A stretch of DNA of 64,000 nucleotides from the human T2T-CHM13v2.0 reference genome, Homo sapiens, in the NCBI RefSeq assembly GCF_009914755.1, contig NC_060937.1; one strand, given 5' to 3'. A program made the translations under genes and the position numbers. The notes under the pieces were generated by a model, which had not been told where the DNA came from, made no database searches, and was given only the letters and a program-made list of their open reading frames with translations. Shown here piece by piece: positions 1 to 18,289 of the stretch. How positions within the stretch are numbered: the stretch's first letter is position 1; each line of letters begins with the position of its first letter.

Positions 1-1181
1 GAACATATTTGCAAACTATTCACCTGACAAAAGATTAATAACTAGAACAGATAAGCAGCTCAAACTACTGTATAGGAAAAAAATCTAGTAATCTGATCTT
101 TAAAATGGGCAAAATATTTCAATAAACATTTCTTAAAAGAAGGCATATGAATTGCAAGCAGTTATATTATCAGAAACATGCAAATCAAAACTACAATGAG
201 ATATCATCTTATCCCAGTTAAAATGAATTTTGTCCAAAAGTCAGGCAACAGCAAATGCTAGTGAGAATGTGGAGAAATGGGAAGCCTGGTACACTGATGG
301 TGGAAATGTAAATTAGTACAACCACTATGGAAAACAGCTTGGAGGTTCCTCATAAAACTAAACTAGAGCTTCCATATAATCCAGCAATTTCACTGCTAAG
401 TATATACTCACAAGAAAGGAACTCAGTATGTTGAAGAGATGTCTACATTCCCATGTTTGTTGCAGCATTGTTGAAAATAGCCAAGATTTGGAAGCAACGT
501 AAGTGTCAATCAACAGATGAATGGATAAAGAAAATGTAGTATGTATACACAGTGGAGCCAGAAAAAAAGAATGAGATTCTGTCATTTTTAACAACATGGA
601 TGAGGGTTATTATGTTAAATGAAATAAGCCAGGCACAGAAAGACAAACTTTGCATGTTCTCATTTATTTATGGGCGCTAAGGATCCCATTGAGTTGAATT
701 CAACGGAGATAGAGAGTAGAAGGATGGTTACCAGAGGCTGAGAAGCATAGTAGGGGGGCAGTTTGGTAGGGCCATGGAGGGAAGTGAGGATGGCTAATGG
801 GTACAAGAAATAGTTAAAAAGAATGAATAAGAGGTAGAGGTACTATTTGATTGCACAACAGGGTATTTGTGCTGATAGCACAACAGTAGTATTTGTACTG
901 ATAACACAGTTTGTACTGGTAGCACAACAGTAGTACTTGATACCACAACAATGCAATTGTCAATAATTGACAATTATTATAATCAATAATAATTTAGTTG
1001 TACCTTTTAAAATAACTGAAATCATATAATTCAATTTTTGTAATACAGAGTAAATGCTTGAGGAGATGGATACCCCATTTACCATGCTGTGATTGTTACA
1101 TGTTGCATGCCTGTATCAAAGTATCTCATATACCCCATTTATACACACAACTACTGTATACCCACAAAAAATAAAAATAAA
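1..1181 (+). mobile_element. Old LINE-1 3' end (L1MA-like; ORF2 C-terminus plus 3'UTR)
   Basis: L1 motifs 'atgcaaatcaaaactacaatgagatatcat' and 'caacagatgaatggataaagaaaatg'. L1MA-type terminus 'gcatgcctgtatcaaagtatctcat...cccacaaaaataaaaataaa'. Confidence 0.85.
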
Positions 1182-1239
1182 TGTGATATAATAATCAGGT
1201 ATGGTTTTGCTGGGGTATATATTACATTGTTGTATTTTG

Positions 1240-2300
1240 CCTAGTCTATAGGATTAGGGGGAATAGCTGTGGTAAATTCCCACAGAGGCAGTTGCAAAAC
1301 TCCCTACACTTCTCTCTCCCATTTGCACTTTAGTTTGTTAAAATCTGCTAAAGCTGTTTCTAATTCACTACTTTGTAGCACTCTTTGGCTTTGTTTTGGA
1401 GGACTAGTAAATCAGTTAGCTGATATTGGTTTGAAAACCCTGAATCATAGGTCTTAAGCATTATTTGGAATTCCTTGGCAAACCTAAGGTGTCTTGAGTC
1501 AGATCAGGAAATCCAAACATCAGAGCACTTAATTCTGACTTGGTGTAAGGTGTATATCTTATGTTTGAACCCACTCTTCCTGTGGGTTTTGTTTTAAAAG
1601 AAATGACTACTATTTTGTCTTCTCCTGTAGCTATTTCTGGACCTTTGTGGTTTAAGAAGGAATACAGGGAGGAGAAAGAGAAAAAAAATGAAATCATCCA
1701 GGCAAGGAAGTTTAGAAAGCAGAGGTTTAGGAGAAGAAAAAGAAGAGACAGTTTCTGGCAGCTTCCTGATTTTAGAAGCTGATTTTGCTACTTTTCTTTA
1801 ATTCTGAGGTAGTTTCAAATATTTTGTTGTTACCTTTCTGGAAAGAAATAAGTTTATCATTTCTACTTTTGGATGTTTTTAGGTGCCAGCTAAAATACAA
1901 CCCTCATTTATTTTCCTTGATGCAGAAACCTAACTTCTCTAATTTAGCATACGAGAAGACCAGTTTGGGAATATTTAAAGTTCTTCACTTTGGGAACCTT
2001 AGATGTTGGTCGTCCTTAGTAAAATCCTCCCTTTACATAAATGTTTGCAAGAAGAGGTGCTATAATTATCACACATAAAACCAGCTGGGGTGCCCAAAGG
2101 GGGACACTCTCCTTGCCTGTCCTCGATTTTAGAGATATGTTTTCTCATTTTTCTTTAAAAGGAGTAGTTGAACTGTGGCTTGTCATTTGGTTAGAGGATC
2201 AGAGTGTGCCGATTGTGGATGAGACTCCATGGTGTCTATCACTGAGTCATTTCTGTCCTCTTGTATCTCCCAGTTTCTTTGTCTTGGTGTTTATCACCTC
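1240..2300 (-). mobile_element. Probable ERV1 (MER4-group-like) internal leader/gag fragment
   Basis: The minus strand around 1960-2105 ('cccctttgggcaccccagctggttttatg...') resembles degenerate MER4-group gag-like internal sequence as I recall it. No intact ORF. Confidence 0.4.
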
Positions 2301-3190
2301 CAGGGAGATGCAAATCAAAACAATACCAGACATTACCTTATCTTAAGTAGAATGGCCATAATCGAAATGACAAAAGAGAACAAGTGTTAACAAGGATGTG
2401 GAATAAAGGGAACTCTTATAAACTGTTGGTTTGAATACAAATTAATACAGCCACTATGAAAAACAAGTATGGAAGTTTCTCAACCTAAAATGGAACTACT
2501 GTATGTTCCAGCAATTCCACCACTGGGCATATAGCCAAAAGAAATAAAATCAGTATGTTAAAGAGATAGCTACACTCCCATGTTTATTACAGCACTATTG
2601 ACAATGGCCAAGATATGGAATCAATCACAGTGCCCATCGAAGAATAAATGGATAAGACAACATGGTATGTAAACATAATGAAATGCTATTTGGCCACAAA
2701 TATATGGCATAATAAAATAAATGGCAGAATAAAATTCTGCCATTTAAGACAACATAGATGAACCTGAAGGACATTATGTTAAGTGAAATAAGCCAGACAT
2801 AGAGAGACAAATAAGACAGGAATTTATTAAATGTGGAATCTAAACAAGCTTATCTCTTAGAAGTAGAGAGGAGAATGGTGGTTACCAGAGCCTGCGGTGG
2901 TGGAGGACAGGATGGAAAGATGTTGGTCAAAGGAAACATAATTATTATTAGATAGAAGAAATATATTTTACAAGATCTGCTATGCAGCACGGCAGCCATA
3001 CTTAATTATGATATATTGCAGTCCTGAAAAATGAAAAGGTAGTTGATGTTAACTGTTTTCACCACAAAAAACAATAACTTTTAGATCATGCATTTGTTAA
3101 TTAGCTAGATTTAATCATTTTATAATCTATATGTAATTCAAAACATACATAATAAACTTACACAATGTTATTTTCAATTAAAAACAAATT
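2300..3190 (+). mobile_element. Old LINE-1 3' end (L1MA/L1MB-like)
   Basis: 'ggagatgcaaatcaaaac', 'ccagcaattccaccactggg', 'ggacattatgttaagtgaaataagccag' and an A-rich end near 3180. Confidence 0.8.
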
Positions 3191-3584
3191 TTAAAATTAT
3201 GCTTAAAAATTTTTTTATTCAAGCTAGAATTTGAATATAGCTAAATATCTTCAATAAATAAGAAAAATTAAAATAATTTCAAAAATTAAAACTAAGAGAT
3301 TTGCTTGCCAATAGGAGCCGCATAAGAGTGTACTCAAGAAGAAAATAACATTTTCCTGTATAAAGGTAAAATTAAAATGAAGGGGTGAGAGACAGACCTT
3401 GAGAATACAAAATCATAGTGGACATTGAACTGAGGAAAGCACACAGTTCTTGGCACCAAAAAATTAAAAGATATTGAGATATTATAAAAGTACAATTCAC
3501 ATGTTTTATTTAAATCAGAAAGAAAATTATGTGCTTTTTGTATAATTTAATTGATTACAAAGAAATAATTTTTAGAAAATTTTA

Positions 3585-4828
3585 TCACCAACTTGTTAAA
3601 AATAGATGGCACTTCCATTGAAACTTTTGCAGAATATTGATGATTCTTTTATCAGATCTGATTAGCACCAGAGGACTGACAGTGGCATAGGCATTGACCA
3701 CAAACTTGTGGACACCATAGGTGACAGGGCCAATTACCCATAACAGCATTGTGGATGATGAGAGGATGAAGTCCACTGAGTACATCAGCACAAAGGAATT
3801 CACCAGCATCAGGATGGTCTTGGTGGCCATTTTCACTAGAGAAGTCCTTAATATAAGGCTGCTGCTGTGAAAGTGCTGGGAGTGCCTCTGATGCCTGGAC
3901 AAAAGAATGACCATGTATACACTTGAGAGCAGCGTGATTCCTATGAAGAAGGCATCTCTGGATAATGACAGCATAAGAAATAGCGTCCTGATGAGGACAT
4001 TCATTGGGAAAAATGTGCAATATTTGCTGATATTCAAAATTATCTGGGTCATTGGAATAACCTACAGTGTAGATTATCATGTCACTACTGAAAGACAAAT
4101 TGCTAAACCAAAAAACGAATAAGCCCAGGATATCGTATTTTGTAAATTTATGTTTAAATCTAACCAACCAGGAGGTGCTGGGGCTGATGGTAATGGCCTG
4201 GAGCATGCTCAGGAGGCAGGTGGTGCAGATGGAGAGGCCCCTCATCACCTTGTGCAAATAGAAGAAAGCTTTAGGCCGGGCGCGGTGGCTCACGCCTGTA
4301 ATCCCAGCACTTTGGGAGGCCGAGGTGGGTGGATCACGAGGTCAGGAGATCGAGACCATCCTGGCTAACACGGTGAAACCCCGTCTCTACTAAAAAATAC
4401 AAAAAAAATTAGCCGGGCGTGGTGGCAGGCGCCTGTAGTCCCAGCCACTTGGGAGGCTGAGGCAGGAGAATGGCGTGGGGCATGAACCCGGGAGGTGGAG
4501 CTTGCAGTGAGCTGAGATCGCGCCACTGCACTCCAGCCTGGGCAACAGAGAGAGACTCTGTCTCCAAAAAAAAAAAAAAAAAAAAAAAGAAAGCTTTACA
4601 TCTAAAGTTATTCTGAAAATTCAGTGACTCAAACATGTCTGGAGACAAAAACTCCATTGCAGTGAAGAGCATTACTAGGTGGACAAAGGCCAAATGACAG
4701 GTGACCAGATCATGGGTCTTAGGCCTGTGATCCTGAAAGAATGTAAAAATGTGGAAGAGAAGATGGAAGATGTTGGCTGAGATTCTAATGCTAGCTTGAC
4801 AATTAAAGGTATTTTTAAAAGATAACAT
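3585..4828 (-). pseudogene. Vomeronasal type-1 receptor (V1R/VN1R family) pseudogene, intronless GPCR, interrupted by an AluY and one frameshift
   Basis: Three ORF pieces carry V1R motifs: '[21 protein letters not shown]', '[32 protein letters not shown]' and 'LLSRHQRHSQHFHSSSL...ATKTILMLV...YATVSPLVLIRSD'. Could be VN1R7P or a paralog; the symbol is not determinable here. Confidence 0.93.
4274..4586 (+). mobile_element. AluY inserted in the V1R pseudogene
   Basis: Full-length Alu with AluY diagnostics ('ggatcacgaggtcaggagatcgagaccatcctggctaacacgg', 'ggagaatggcgtg'), a poly-A tail and a 12-bp TSD 'aagaaagcttta' at 4262-4273 and 4587-4598. Confidence 0.97.
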
Positions 4829-5374
4829 AAGTGAAAACTGTGTTCATCCTAATGGCATAGAAGAAACCTATTTTGTAGATCTGAAAAAAAATGACTTCAT
4901 ATCATCAATGTTCTTTCTTCAGTGTTTGAAATTATTACCATCATTATTATTTTTATTTTACTCACTTATTCTTGATTAACCTTGATGCTAAATTCTTGAT
5001 AATGTACCCCCTGCACTCTTTTCTAAGCCAAATAATTATATACATATATATATAATTATTACTCTCTATATATAATGAATACATTTACAATCATGCCTGT
5101 ATAGGGTGCACACTATCTATATTCTTAATGCCCTTTGCCCTCCATCTTTAGAAATCAATTTTTGTTATTTTGTGTTCTCTCATTTTATTTTTAACACCCA
5201 ATTCAGTGACAGGCATATAAAATGAATCACATTTGCAGAGTTGAATTGAATAAAATGTATGCTAAAGTGGAAAGACTCACTAAAGCAAACAATTAAAAAT
5301 ATATCCAATTGAGTCTTTCTCATGATCTATCACTTTGATACGGTTTATTCTTCACTCTTCCATGGTTTTTGATG

Positions 5375-5570
5375 CTTATGATTCTACTGGGCCCACCATG
5401 ATAATTCATAATAGTCTTCCTATTTTTCATCAGCATATCAGCAATTTTGATCCCATTTGCAACCTTATATTCTCTTTGCCATGAATTGTAATATATTATT
5501 TCCAGTATCTAAGAACTTGGATGTAAATATCTTTTTTAGGGAGTGGGGAACATTATTCTGTTTATCCAAA
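5375..5570 (-). mobile_element. MLT1-type (MaLR) LTR fragment
   Basis: 'actgggcccacc..gataat...ttgccatg...gtaatatatt...ggatgtaaatatcttt...cattattctg' resembles the reverse strand of an MLT1 5' end. Confidence 0.5.
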
Positions 5571-7431
5571 CCCTAATTAACTGTATGTCTCAGAAATGGT
5601 CCTGGTGCTTTCCCAGTTTAGTTCACATCCCAGAGACTTATCATGTGAACTCTCTTCATCTCAGAACAAAATTTTTAACATTTGCCTCTCAGTTATCAAC
5701 AAGATAAACACTGCTTTTAGTCATTTTATTTCAACCAAGAGGTTGCATTAAAATAGTCACATGTGGTTCTTTTTCCTGAGACTTTACTTGATACAGGAAT
5801 GTCAGTCTCCAATGAGAAAGATAATGCCTCTCAAGTTTTCTTGGGATATCCTCAATACCATAATACCTTGTAAAATTTTGCAGAACAATTTCGCAGTTGC
5901 CATTTCATGTTATTTGGCCAGGATTCAGGTATCATTGCATCATTTTGCTGTAATCCATGGGTAAAAACAATTTAGCTTCATGCGTGAAATATAAAAAACA
6001 GTAAATTAGCACAGATTTGGTGGGGGGATGAAGGTGTGTCTGGTTATATATTCAAAGTCATTTATCATTACACTGTCCCCTAAATAAAAATATGAAAGGC
6101 AATGCAAACATCTTCACACTTAGTATTCTTGTCTAATAAACACAAGTGACTGAGGTAAAAAATATTGCTCTAAAACCACCAGATATGTTTGATTTTATAA
6201 AGGAAATATCATCTAGGTGATTAAATGGTTATTACTCTCTCTACAAAACTTTAGTAAGTGAATCCATTTATCATAAATGTCAGAATCAAACAATGAAAAG
6301 TTCCCACCAACATGCATCTGCACCATCAGCATGGTTGAGTTCTGCTGTCAAGTTGAAATCAGAAAAAAAAAAAAAAAAAAAAAAAAAAAACAAGGGGAGG
6401 CACCAAGATGGCCAAATAGGAACAGCTCTGGTCTACAGCTTCCAGCACTATCAACACAGAAGACAGATGATTTCTGCATTTCCAACTGAAGTACCTGGAA
6501 CTGGTTGGACAGTGGGTGTAGCCCACGGAGAGGGTGAGCTGAAGCAGGGTGGGGCACCACCTCATCCAGGAAGTACAAGGGGTTGGGGGATTTCCCTTTC
6601 CTAGACAAGGGAAGCCATGACAGATGGTACCTGGAAAATTGGGACACTTCCACCCTAATACTGCACTTTTCCAACAGTCTTAGCAAATGGCACACCAGGA
6701 GATTATATCCCACACCTGGCTCGGAGGATCACACACCCATGGAGCCTTGCTCACTGCTAGTGCAGCGGTCTGAGATCGAACTGGGAGGCAGCAGACAGGC
6801 TGGGGGAGGGGCATCCACCATTGCTGAGGCTTGACTAGGTAAACAAAGCCACTGGGAAGCTTGAACTGGGTGGAGCCCACCACAACTCAACGAGGACTGC
6901 CTGCCTCTGTAGACTCCACCTCTAGGGGCAGGGCATAGCTGAACAAAAGGCAGCAGAAACTTTCTACAGCAGAAGTTTCTACAGCCTTAAACTTCCCTGT
7001 CTGACAGCCCTGAAGAGAACAGTGGTTCCCACAGAATGGAGTTTAAGCTCTGAGAATGGACAGACTGCCTCCTCAAGTGTGTCCCTGACCCCCAAGTAGC
7101 CTAACTGAGAGACATCTCCCAGTAGGGGTCAACTGACACCTCATACAGCCAGGTGCCCCTCTGAGACAGAGCTTCCAGAGGAAGGATCAGGCAGCAACAT
7201 TTGCTGTTCTGCAATATTTGCTGTTCTGAAGCCTCTGCCAGTGATACCCAGGCAAACAGGGTCTGGAGTGGACCTCCAGCAAACTCCAACAGACTTGCAG
7301 CTGAGGAATCTGTTAGAAGGAAAACTAACAAACAAAAGCAATAGCATCAACATCAACAAAAAGGACATCCACACCAAAACCCCATCTGTAGGTCACCATC
7401 ATCAAAGACCAAAGGTAGATAAAATGACAAA

Positions 7432-8455
7432 GATGGAGAGAAACTAGAGCAGAGAAGCTGAAAAGTCTAAAAACCACTGCACCTCTTCTCCTCCAAAGTG
7501 TCACAGCTCCTCCACAGCAATGGAACAAAGCTGGATGGAGAATGACTTTGATGAGTTGACAGAAGTAGGCTTCAGAAGGTTGGTAATAACAAACTTCTCC
7601 AAGCTAAAGGAGGATGTTCGACCCCATTGCAAGGAAGCTAAAAACCTTGAAAAAAGATTAGATGAATGGCTAACTGGAATAAACGGCGTAGAGAAGACCT
7701 TAAATGACCAAATGGAGGTGAAAACAATGGCACAAGAACTACGTGACGCATGCACAAGCTTCAGTAGCCGATTTGATCAAGTGGAAGAAAGGGGATCAGT
7801 GATTGAAGGTCAAATGAATGAAATGAAGTGAGAAGAGATGTTTAGAGAAAAAAGAGTAAAAAGAAATGGACAAAGCCTCCAAGAAATATGGGGCTATGTG
7901 AAAAGACCAAATCTACTTGTGATTGCTGTACCTGAAATTGATGGGGAGAATGGAACTAAGTTGGAAAACACTCTTCAGAATATTATCCAGGAAAACTTCC
8001 ACAACTTAGCAAGGCAGGCCAACATTCAAATTCGGGAAATACAGAGAACACCACAAAGATACTCTATGAGACGAGCAACCCTGAGACACAGAATTATCAG
8101 ATTCACCAAGGTTGAAATGAAGGAAAAAAGGTTAAGGACAGCCAGAGGGAAAGGTCGGGTTACCCACAAAGGGAAGCCCATCAGACTAACAGCGGATCTC
8201 TCAGCAGAAACTCTACAAGCCAGAAGAGAGTGGGGGCCAATATTCAACATTCTTAATGAAAAGAATTTTCAATACAGAACTTCATATCCAGTCAAACTAA
8301 GCTTCATAAGTAAAGGAGAAAGAAAATCCTTTATAGACAAGCAAATGCTGAGAGATTTTGTCACCACCAGGCCTGCCCTACAAGAGCTCCTGAAGGAAGC
8401 AGTAAACACAGAAAGAACAACCAGTACCAGCCACTACAAAAACATGCCAAATTGA
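7432..8455 (+). pseudogene. L1 ORF1p, disrupted
   Basis: ORF pieces 7520-7831 (EQSWMENDFDEL...) and 7838-8455 (SLQEIWGYVKRPNL...DFVTTRPALQELLKEA). Early TAG after the start and an internal TGA near 7829. Confidence 0.93.
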
Positions 8456-8520
8456 AAAGACCATCGATGCTAGGAAGAAACTGCATCAACTAGTGGGCAA
8501 AATAACCAGCTAACATCACA

Positions 8521-12350
<3,830 letters not shown>

Positions 12351-12574
12351 AATGAGAACACATGGACACAGGAAGGGGAACATCACACACCGGGGACTGT
12401 TGTGGGGTGGGGGGAGGGGGGAGGGATAGCATTAGGAGATATACCTAATGCTAAATGACAAGTTAATGGGTGCAACACACCAACATGCCACAGGTATACA
12501 TATGTAACAAACCTGCACGTTGTGCACATGTACCCTAAAACTTAAAGTATAATAATAATACATTTTAAAAAAGA

Positions 12575-14020
<1,446 letters not shown>

Positions 14021-16044
14021 TGATTATCTCAATCTTCCAATTCCCCCCAACCACCAGTGAATTATTTCTGCTAATTTTTTTTTTGTTTTTGAAAAGAGAA
14101 TGATGGAAACCCACCCTGTTCCAGTGGGAGAGTACAGGGATTCCCTGGAAAGACTCTGGCTTGGAGCCCTCAGACCAGAGTTTAGGTCCAGGGGTCCACT
14201 TGGTGACTCAGGAGAAACCCTGGACCCCACCTCAAGGAATCTTGGATCCCCCGGTGGGGGTCTCAGAAGCAGGAGGCTGCTGGGCCACGGCAGGGACAAG
14301 GCTTTCTCTGGCACCCCCATGCAAGGTTCCTCCATAGAAAGAAATCATGTTGCCCGTTCCGCAGCAGGCATGCCATCCCAGGCCCCTGAGACCCCCAGGG
14401 GACATCCCCGCTCTGCCAACTGTGTGAATACACTCCACCTCCCGGCCTCTGCCATGTCACAGATGACTTGAGGCTTCAGATGAGTGACTCCCCAGAGTCA
14501 CATGGGCCTATGCTTGGGTCCCAGCCTCTTCTATGACCCTTGAGGTGGTTCTCAGCATAGGAGGCTGATTTCTAGGCCTCTATGTGCTGTTCTGTGAATG
14601 GGACAGGTAACAGACCTCTATGGCAGGCATGAAATGCCAAGCTCCCACCACAAGGCCTGGCAACAAACTCTCAGGAAATTCAGGTCATTCTCTGGGAGTG
14701 GCCACAGATGCTTCTCAGAACCCCAACCCCTGGCACTGCTCCAGCCCATGCTGGACCCTTCATCATCCAGGTGTCCCAGGCCCACAAGTATCTGACATCT
14801 CAGGTGGCACTTGTGGCCCACTGTGTGACCCTAAGCATACCTCCATGTTCTCTGGGCTGAGTTTCTGAGCCGCCACAGCTCTGCAGAGCCCAGGCTGTGG
14901 GCTCCAGCCCCTGACCTCCAGCTTGACTTACTAAATGTAATCTCCAGGGCTAATTTTAATCCTGGGCAGGAATTGGACACATTCCCATGGCTAGGATGAG
15001 TCCCTGGAGGCTGGAGGTGACACCAACCCACAGGACCCAGTGCCAAGATAATCCCCCAAATGACCCCTATGCATGTGGTCTCATGAGAGCAGGGACTGGG
15101 GCTGATCTTGGGCCTGAGTCTCTTGAGCATAGAAGGCTCAACTAAGCCCTTTCTCAATCTGTCTCAATTTTAGTTATAGGGACACTATGGCTAGTGCAGA
15201 GGTCACGTGACAGGGAAACCCCGAGAGGCAGGAAGTTGGGGGCCTTTCTGGACTGATGTCCTAGAGCTGAGACAGGAAGTGAATTCCATGCAGAAGAAAC
15301 AGCAGGTACAAGGATCCCAAGGGGGAGAGAAACAGCAGTGAGGTTGGAGTGGGTGGGGAGGGCAAGAGGCCACAGAGGCTGGGCCACACTGGGCCTTCTG
15401 AGCTGCAGGAGGCTCTGGGTTTTAGTCTAAGAGCAAAGACGAGCTATGAGAGGGTTTTGAGGAGAGAAGGGATGGGGCTGATTTATCATTTTAACATGCA
15501 GCTCATGGCTACCATGGAAAGCAGGACTATCAGGGCTGGGGTGGAGATGGCAGGAGGCTGGAGATGAGGTCAGGGCTGTGTCCATCTGAGCAGAGCCTGG
15601 GGCGGTACCCTCTCTGTGCTGGTCTGTACCTCACACTGTAAGTCACTGGATCCCACGGCTTATTTGGCCCTCCAGAACATCAGGAGGTCCCCCACCAACT
15701 CTGGTGCGAGGTGACAGGTGCAGATGAGTTGATGCAGGGCTTAACTCTCCTGACCCCCACATGACACCGGAACTCTCCTGATCCCATCACCGAAGAACCA
15801 AGCTGTCCCCCACTCTGCCCCTGAGAGATCAAGCTCTAATCATGGCCTCCCTTGCTCACACATTCTCCATGGTTCCACATTGGCCTTGTGAGAAAATTTC
15901 TGCATCCAGCCTGACATTCAAACACCTTGCCCTAATCAGCTCCTGCCTACTTCTCTCTATCTTTGACAAATATTTCTGTCTAGAAGGTCCTTTTTTCCCT
16001 TCTTCACCTAGCCAACTCCTATTCACACTTCAGAACTCAGCTCA

Positions 16045-16308
16045 GGTCAGATGAGGTGGTTCATGCCTGCAATTCCAGCACTCTGAGAGGCCAAGACAGG
16101 AGGATTGCTTGAACCCAGGAGTTTGAGACCAGCCTGAACAACCTGATGTAACCCCATCTCTACAAAAAATACAAAAATTAGCTGTGTGTGGTGGCATGTG
16201 CCTGTAGTCCCACCCTGAAGTAGGAGGATCAATTGAGCATGGAAGGTCAAGGCTGCAGTGAGCAGTGATTGTGCCACTGCATTTCAGACTGAGCTACAGA
16301 GAAAAAAA
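16045..16308 (+). mobile_element. AluJ
   Basis: J-type 'ggaggattgcttgaacccaggagtttgagacc...gtcaaggctgcagtgagc'. TSD 'aactcagctca' at 16034-16044 and 16309-16319. Confidence 0.88.
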
Positions 16309-17539
16309 AACTCAGCTCAAGAAAAAGCATTCCTCCAAGAAGCCCTCCCTGTTGTTCCTCTGGAATCCCACAGTCCCCATCCTTCCCCTGTAGTTCTGAC
16401 CCCATGGGGCTGGCAGTAGATACATCCAACTTTGTCTCCCCTAGACTAGACAGCCCTCTAGATCAGGCCTAGGAGTGGACAGTAAAATTTAGAGAGTGCA
16501 ACAGGTGAAGAGAGACGTGACTGACTCCCTCCTCTTTAGCTTCCCTTGACAACTTCCTCTCAGACTGCCCCAGCTGATATCCTGCCCAAAAACACACATG
16601 CTTGCAAATCCAGCCACTAACCATTGACCTGTCTTGGACTCAAGTGTGAAGAGTCAGCCAAGAATGCAGACCTGGAAGCCTAGGGTGTATGTGTGTGTAT
16701 TTGTAGTCAAGTGAAAATCCCACCCAAGCTCCAGACAGACCCTGGTGGCCCATTCTGCAGATGTTGGTGAGGTTGGTATTTCTGTGGAGGTGTCAGCAAA
16801 GGTTGAATGTGCCAGGCATGAGGCAAAGGCCAAGGTTTAGGGGGACTTCTACACACACAACTTCCCCCTTGCCTCGTCCAGCCAGAAAGCAGAGAGCAGT
16901 GGCATCTGCCCAGCACAGAGGCAGATGGATGGATCCACTCACCCGAGGATAGAGCAGGGAAGACGGGACAGGAGAAATCCAAGAGGGCTTCTCAGGGGAG
17001 GAGGCATGTAGTTTGGCTTAGATACAGAGGCTAGACAGGGGCCTGAGCAGATGAGTAGGGGACTGGGCATTTGAAGCCAAGGGTCTTGCACCTCCCTACC
17101 CCTTTCTTTGCACCCTCATACTCGAGCATTTATTAGCAACTTGTGCTAACCACTGAGCTAAGCTGACCTCCAAGTAATTAGAAAGCTTAAGTAAACCAAC
17201 ATCTGTAGATGAGAAAGGTGACTGAGGACCTACTGTTACAAAGGCAAGGTAATTTGAGGCTGCAATGAGCTACGAGCAACTGTGTTCCAGCCTGGGAGAC
17301 AGAATGTAAAAAAATAGTAATAACAGAAAGTATACATCAATCTCAATTTTTTTTAAAAAGGCAGATGGTTTTACAGTTGTTTTATCAAAACTCAAAGAAC
17401 AGGAAAGCCCAAATTATTTCAACAAAGTCAGACCTTTTAAACAGATGATAGCTGCCCAAGTCATTTTTATGAAACTTCTTTATATCAAAACCTAAGTCTA
17501 AAAAGAGAAAAGTGTTGACCTTGATACGGGCTGTGTTAG

Positions 17540-17880
17540 GCAGAGATTTCAATGAAGTCCTCTCTGAAGAGGTGACATTTGATCTGAGACCTGAAGCACC
17601 AGAAAGAGGCAGCCAAGCCAGGAAGAGGCAGGAATGGGAAGGTCTAGGGAAAGACTGGTCCTGGCAGGCGGAACTGCAGTGGCAAAGGCCCAGCGGTGAT
17701 CAGGAGCTTGGCATTTGCAAAAATAAAGAGTGTGTGTGACTGGACAGCGTGAGCAAGTGGGCAGAGGAGGAGATCGTGATAGGGTGTGCATTGGTCAGGC
17801 CACCTAGGTCCTGGAGCCCACAGTGAGAAGCATGGGCTTGACTCTGAGGGCAAAGGAGAGCCACGGATAGTTTGGGTAAA
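17540..17880. mobile_element. L2 LINE 3' fragment
   Basis: 'ctctctgaagaggtgacatttgatctgagacctgaag...gcaaaggccc...ggcttgactctgag...ggagagccac' is a typical L2 signature. Weaker L2-like patches lie at about 15350-15570 and 15820-16040. Confidence 0.65.
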
Positions 17881-18289
17881 GGGGAAAGTTGGCATTTAAT
17901 TTTATAGCTTTTTGAAGTTTGTTTTGTTTTCTTAGAAACAAGGTCTCAGTCTGTTACCCAAACTGGAGTGCAGCTCAAAATATTTTCCAATTTATCTTGT
18001 GATTTTTTTTGATCCAATGATTTAGAGGTGGGTTGTTAAATTTTCACATATTTTCAGATGTCCAATATTTCTTACTGTTGTTAGTTTCTAATTCTGTTTC
18101 AGTCAGATAACTTATTTGTTTTCCCTGTCTCTCCTGTCTTCTGATCCTGTTTTTCCATTGACTACCATTTTTAAAATCAACTTATTTCAGTGTGTCATTT
18201 ACAATCCTATTTTAATTTTTTGCTCTTTCTCTGAAGTGGTTGTTCCAGGGATTATAATGTGCTTTTCCATTTTTCCAACGAATGAAGAA

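Noticed and set aside
12403-12426. G-quadruplex-capable G tract
   Set aside because: Standard feature of the L1PA 3'UTR, not specific to this locus.
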